This document shows positions 7,879 through 8,020 of a stretch of DNA of 8,020 bases, one piece after another. A program made the position numbers and the translations under genes. Below the pieces are notes generated by a model. That model ran no database searches, was not told the DNA's origin, and saw only the letters and a list, made by a program, of their open reading frames with translations. Source of the stretch: Octopus sinensis (Eukaryota); NCBI RefSeq assembly GCF_006345805.1, contig NW_021828556.1:1-8020 (forward strand). Direction: 5' to 3'. Each line of letters starts with the position of its first letter. The stretch's first letter is position 1.

Positions 7879-7954
<76 letters not shown>
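7879..7954. repeat. Perfect (GATA)19 microsatellite
   Basis: 76 bp with no interruptions. Confidence 0.99.
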
Positions 7955-8020
7955 TGTTTCTTTATTAGCCACACAGGGCTGCACACAGATAGAACAAATT
8001 ACAAGGTAGAGCTTTTCTTT
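7955..8020 (-). mobile_element. 3' end of a third copy (copy-1-like), continuing beyond the window
   Basis: tgtttctttattagccacacagggctgcacacagatagaacaaattacaagg matches 251-299 apart from three 1-bp run-length differences. Confidence 0.9.

Noticed and set aside
1-8020. Host assignment (an invertebrate such as a cephalopod came to mind)
   Set aside because: This is only an impression from composition and repeat type, and nothing in the window is diagnostic.

Overview
Eukaryotic, non-genic window made almost entirely of a head-to-tail array of minus-strand non-LTR retrotransposons of the L1/Tx1 type, each separated by a (GATA)n/(TATC)n microsatellite. From left to right: a degenerate GATA tract (40-250); a near-full-length element of about 6.2 kb (251-6444) with 3'UTR, ORF2 (APE endonuclease, reverse transcriptase, C-terminal CCHC finger) and a gag-like ORF1 with one zinc knuckle and long Thr/Asn/Gln tracts; a GATA/GACA tract (6445-6783); a 5'-truncated copy of about 1.1 kb from a diverged sister lineage (6784-7876); a perfect (GATA)19 tract (7879-7954); and the 3' end of a third copy running off the window (7955-8020). 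All three 3' ends lack a poly(A) tail and abut the microsatellite in the same register, which points to a GATA-repeat-targeted retrotransposon family. Both ORFs are broken by many 1-bp indels, often in homopolymers, so these may be partly sequencing errors. The host cannot be identified from the sequence alone.
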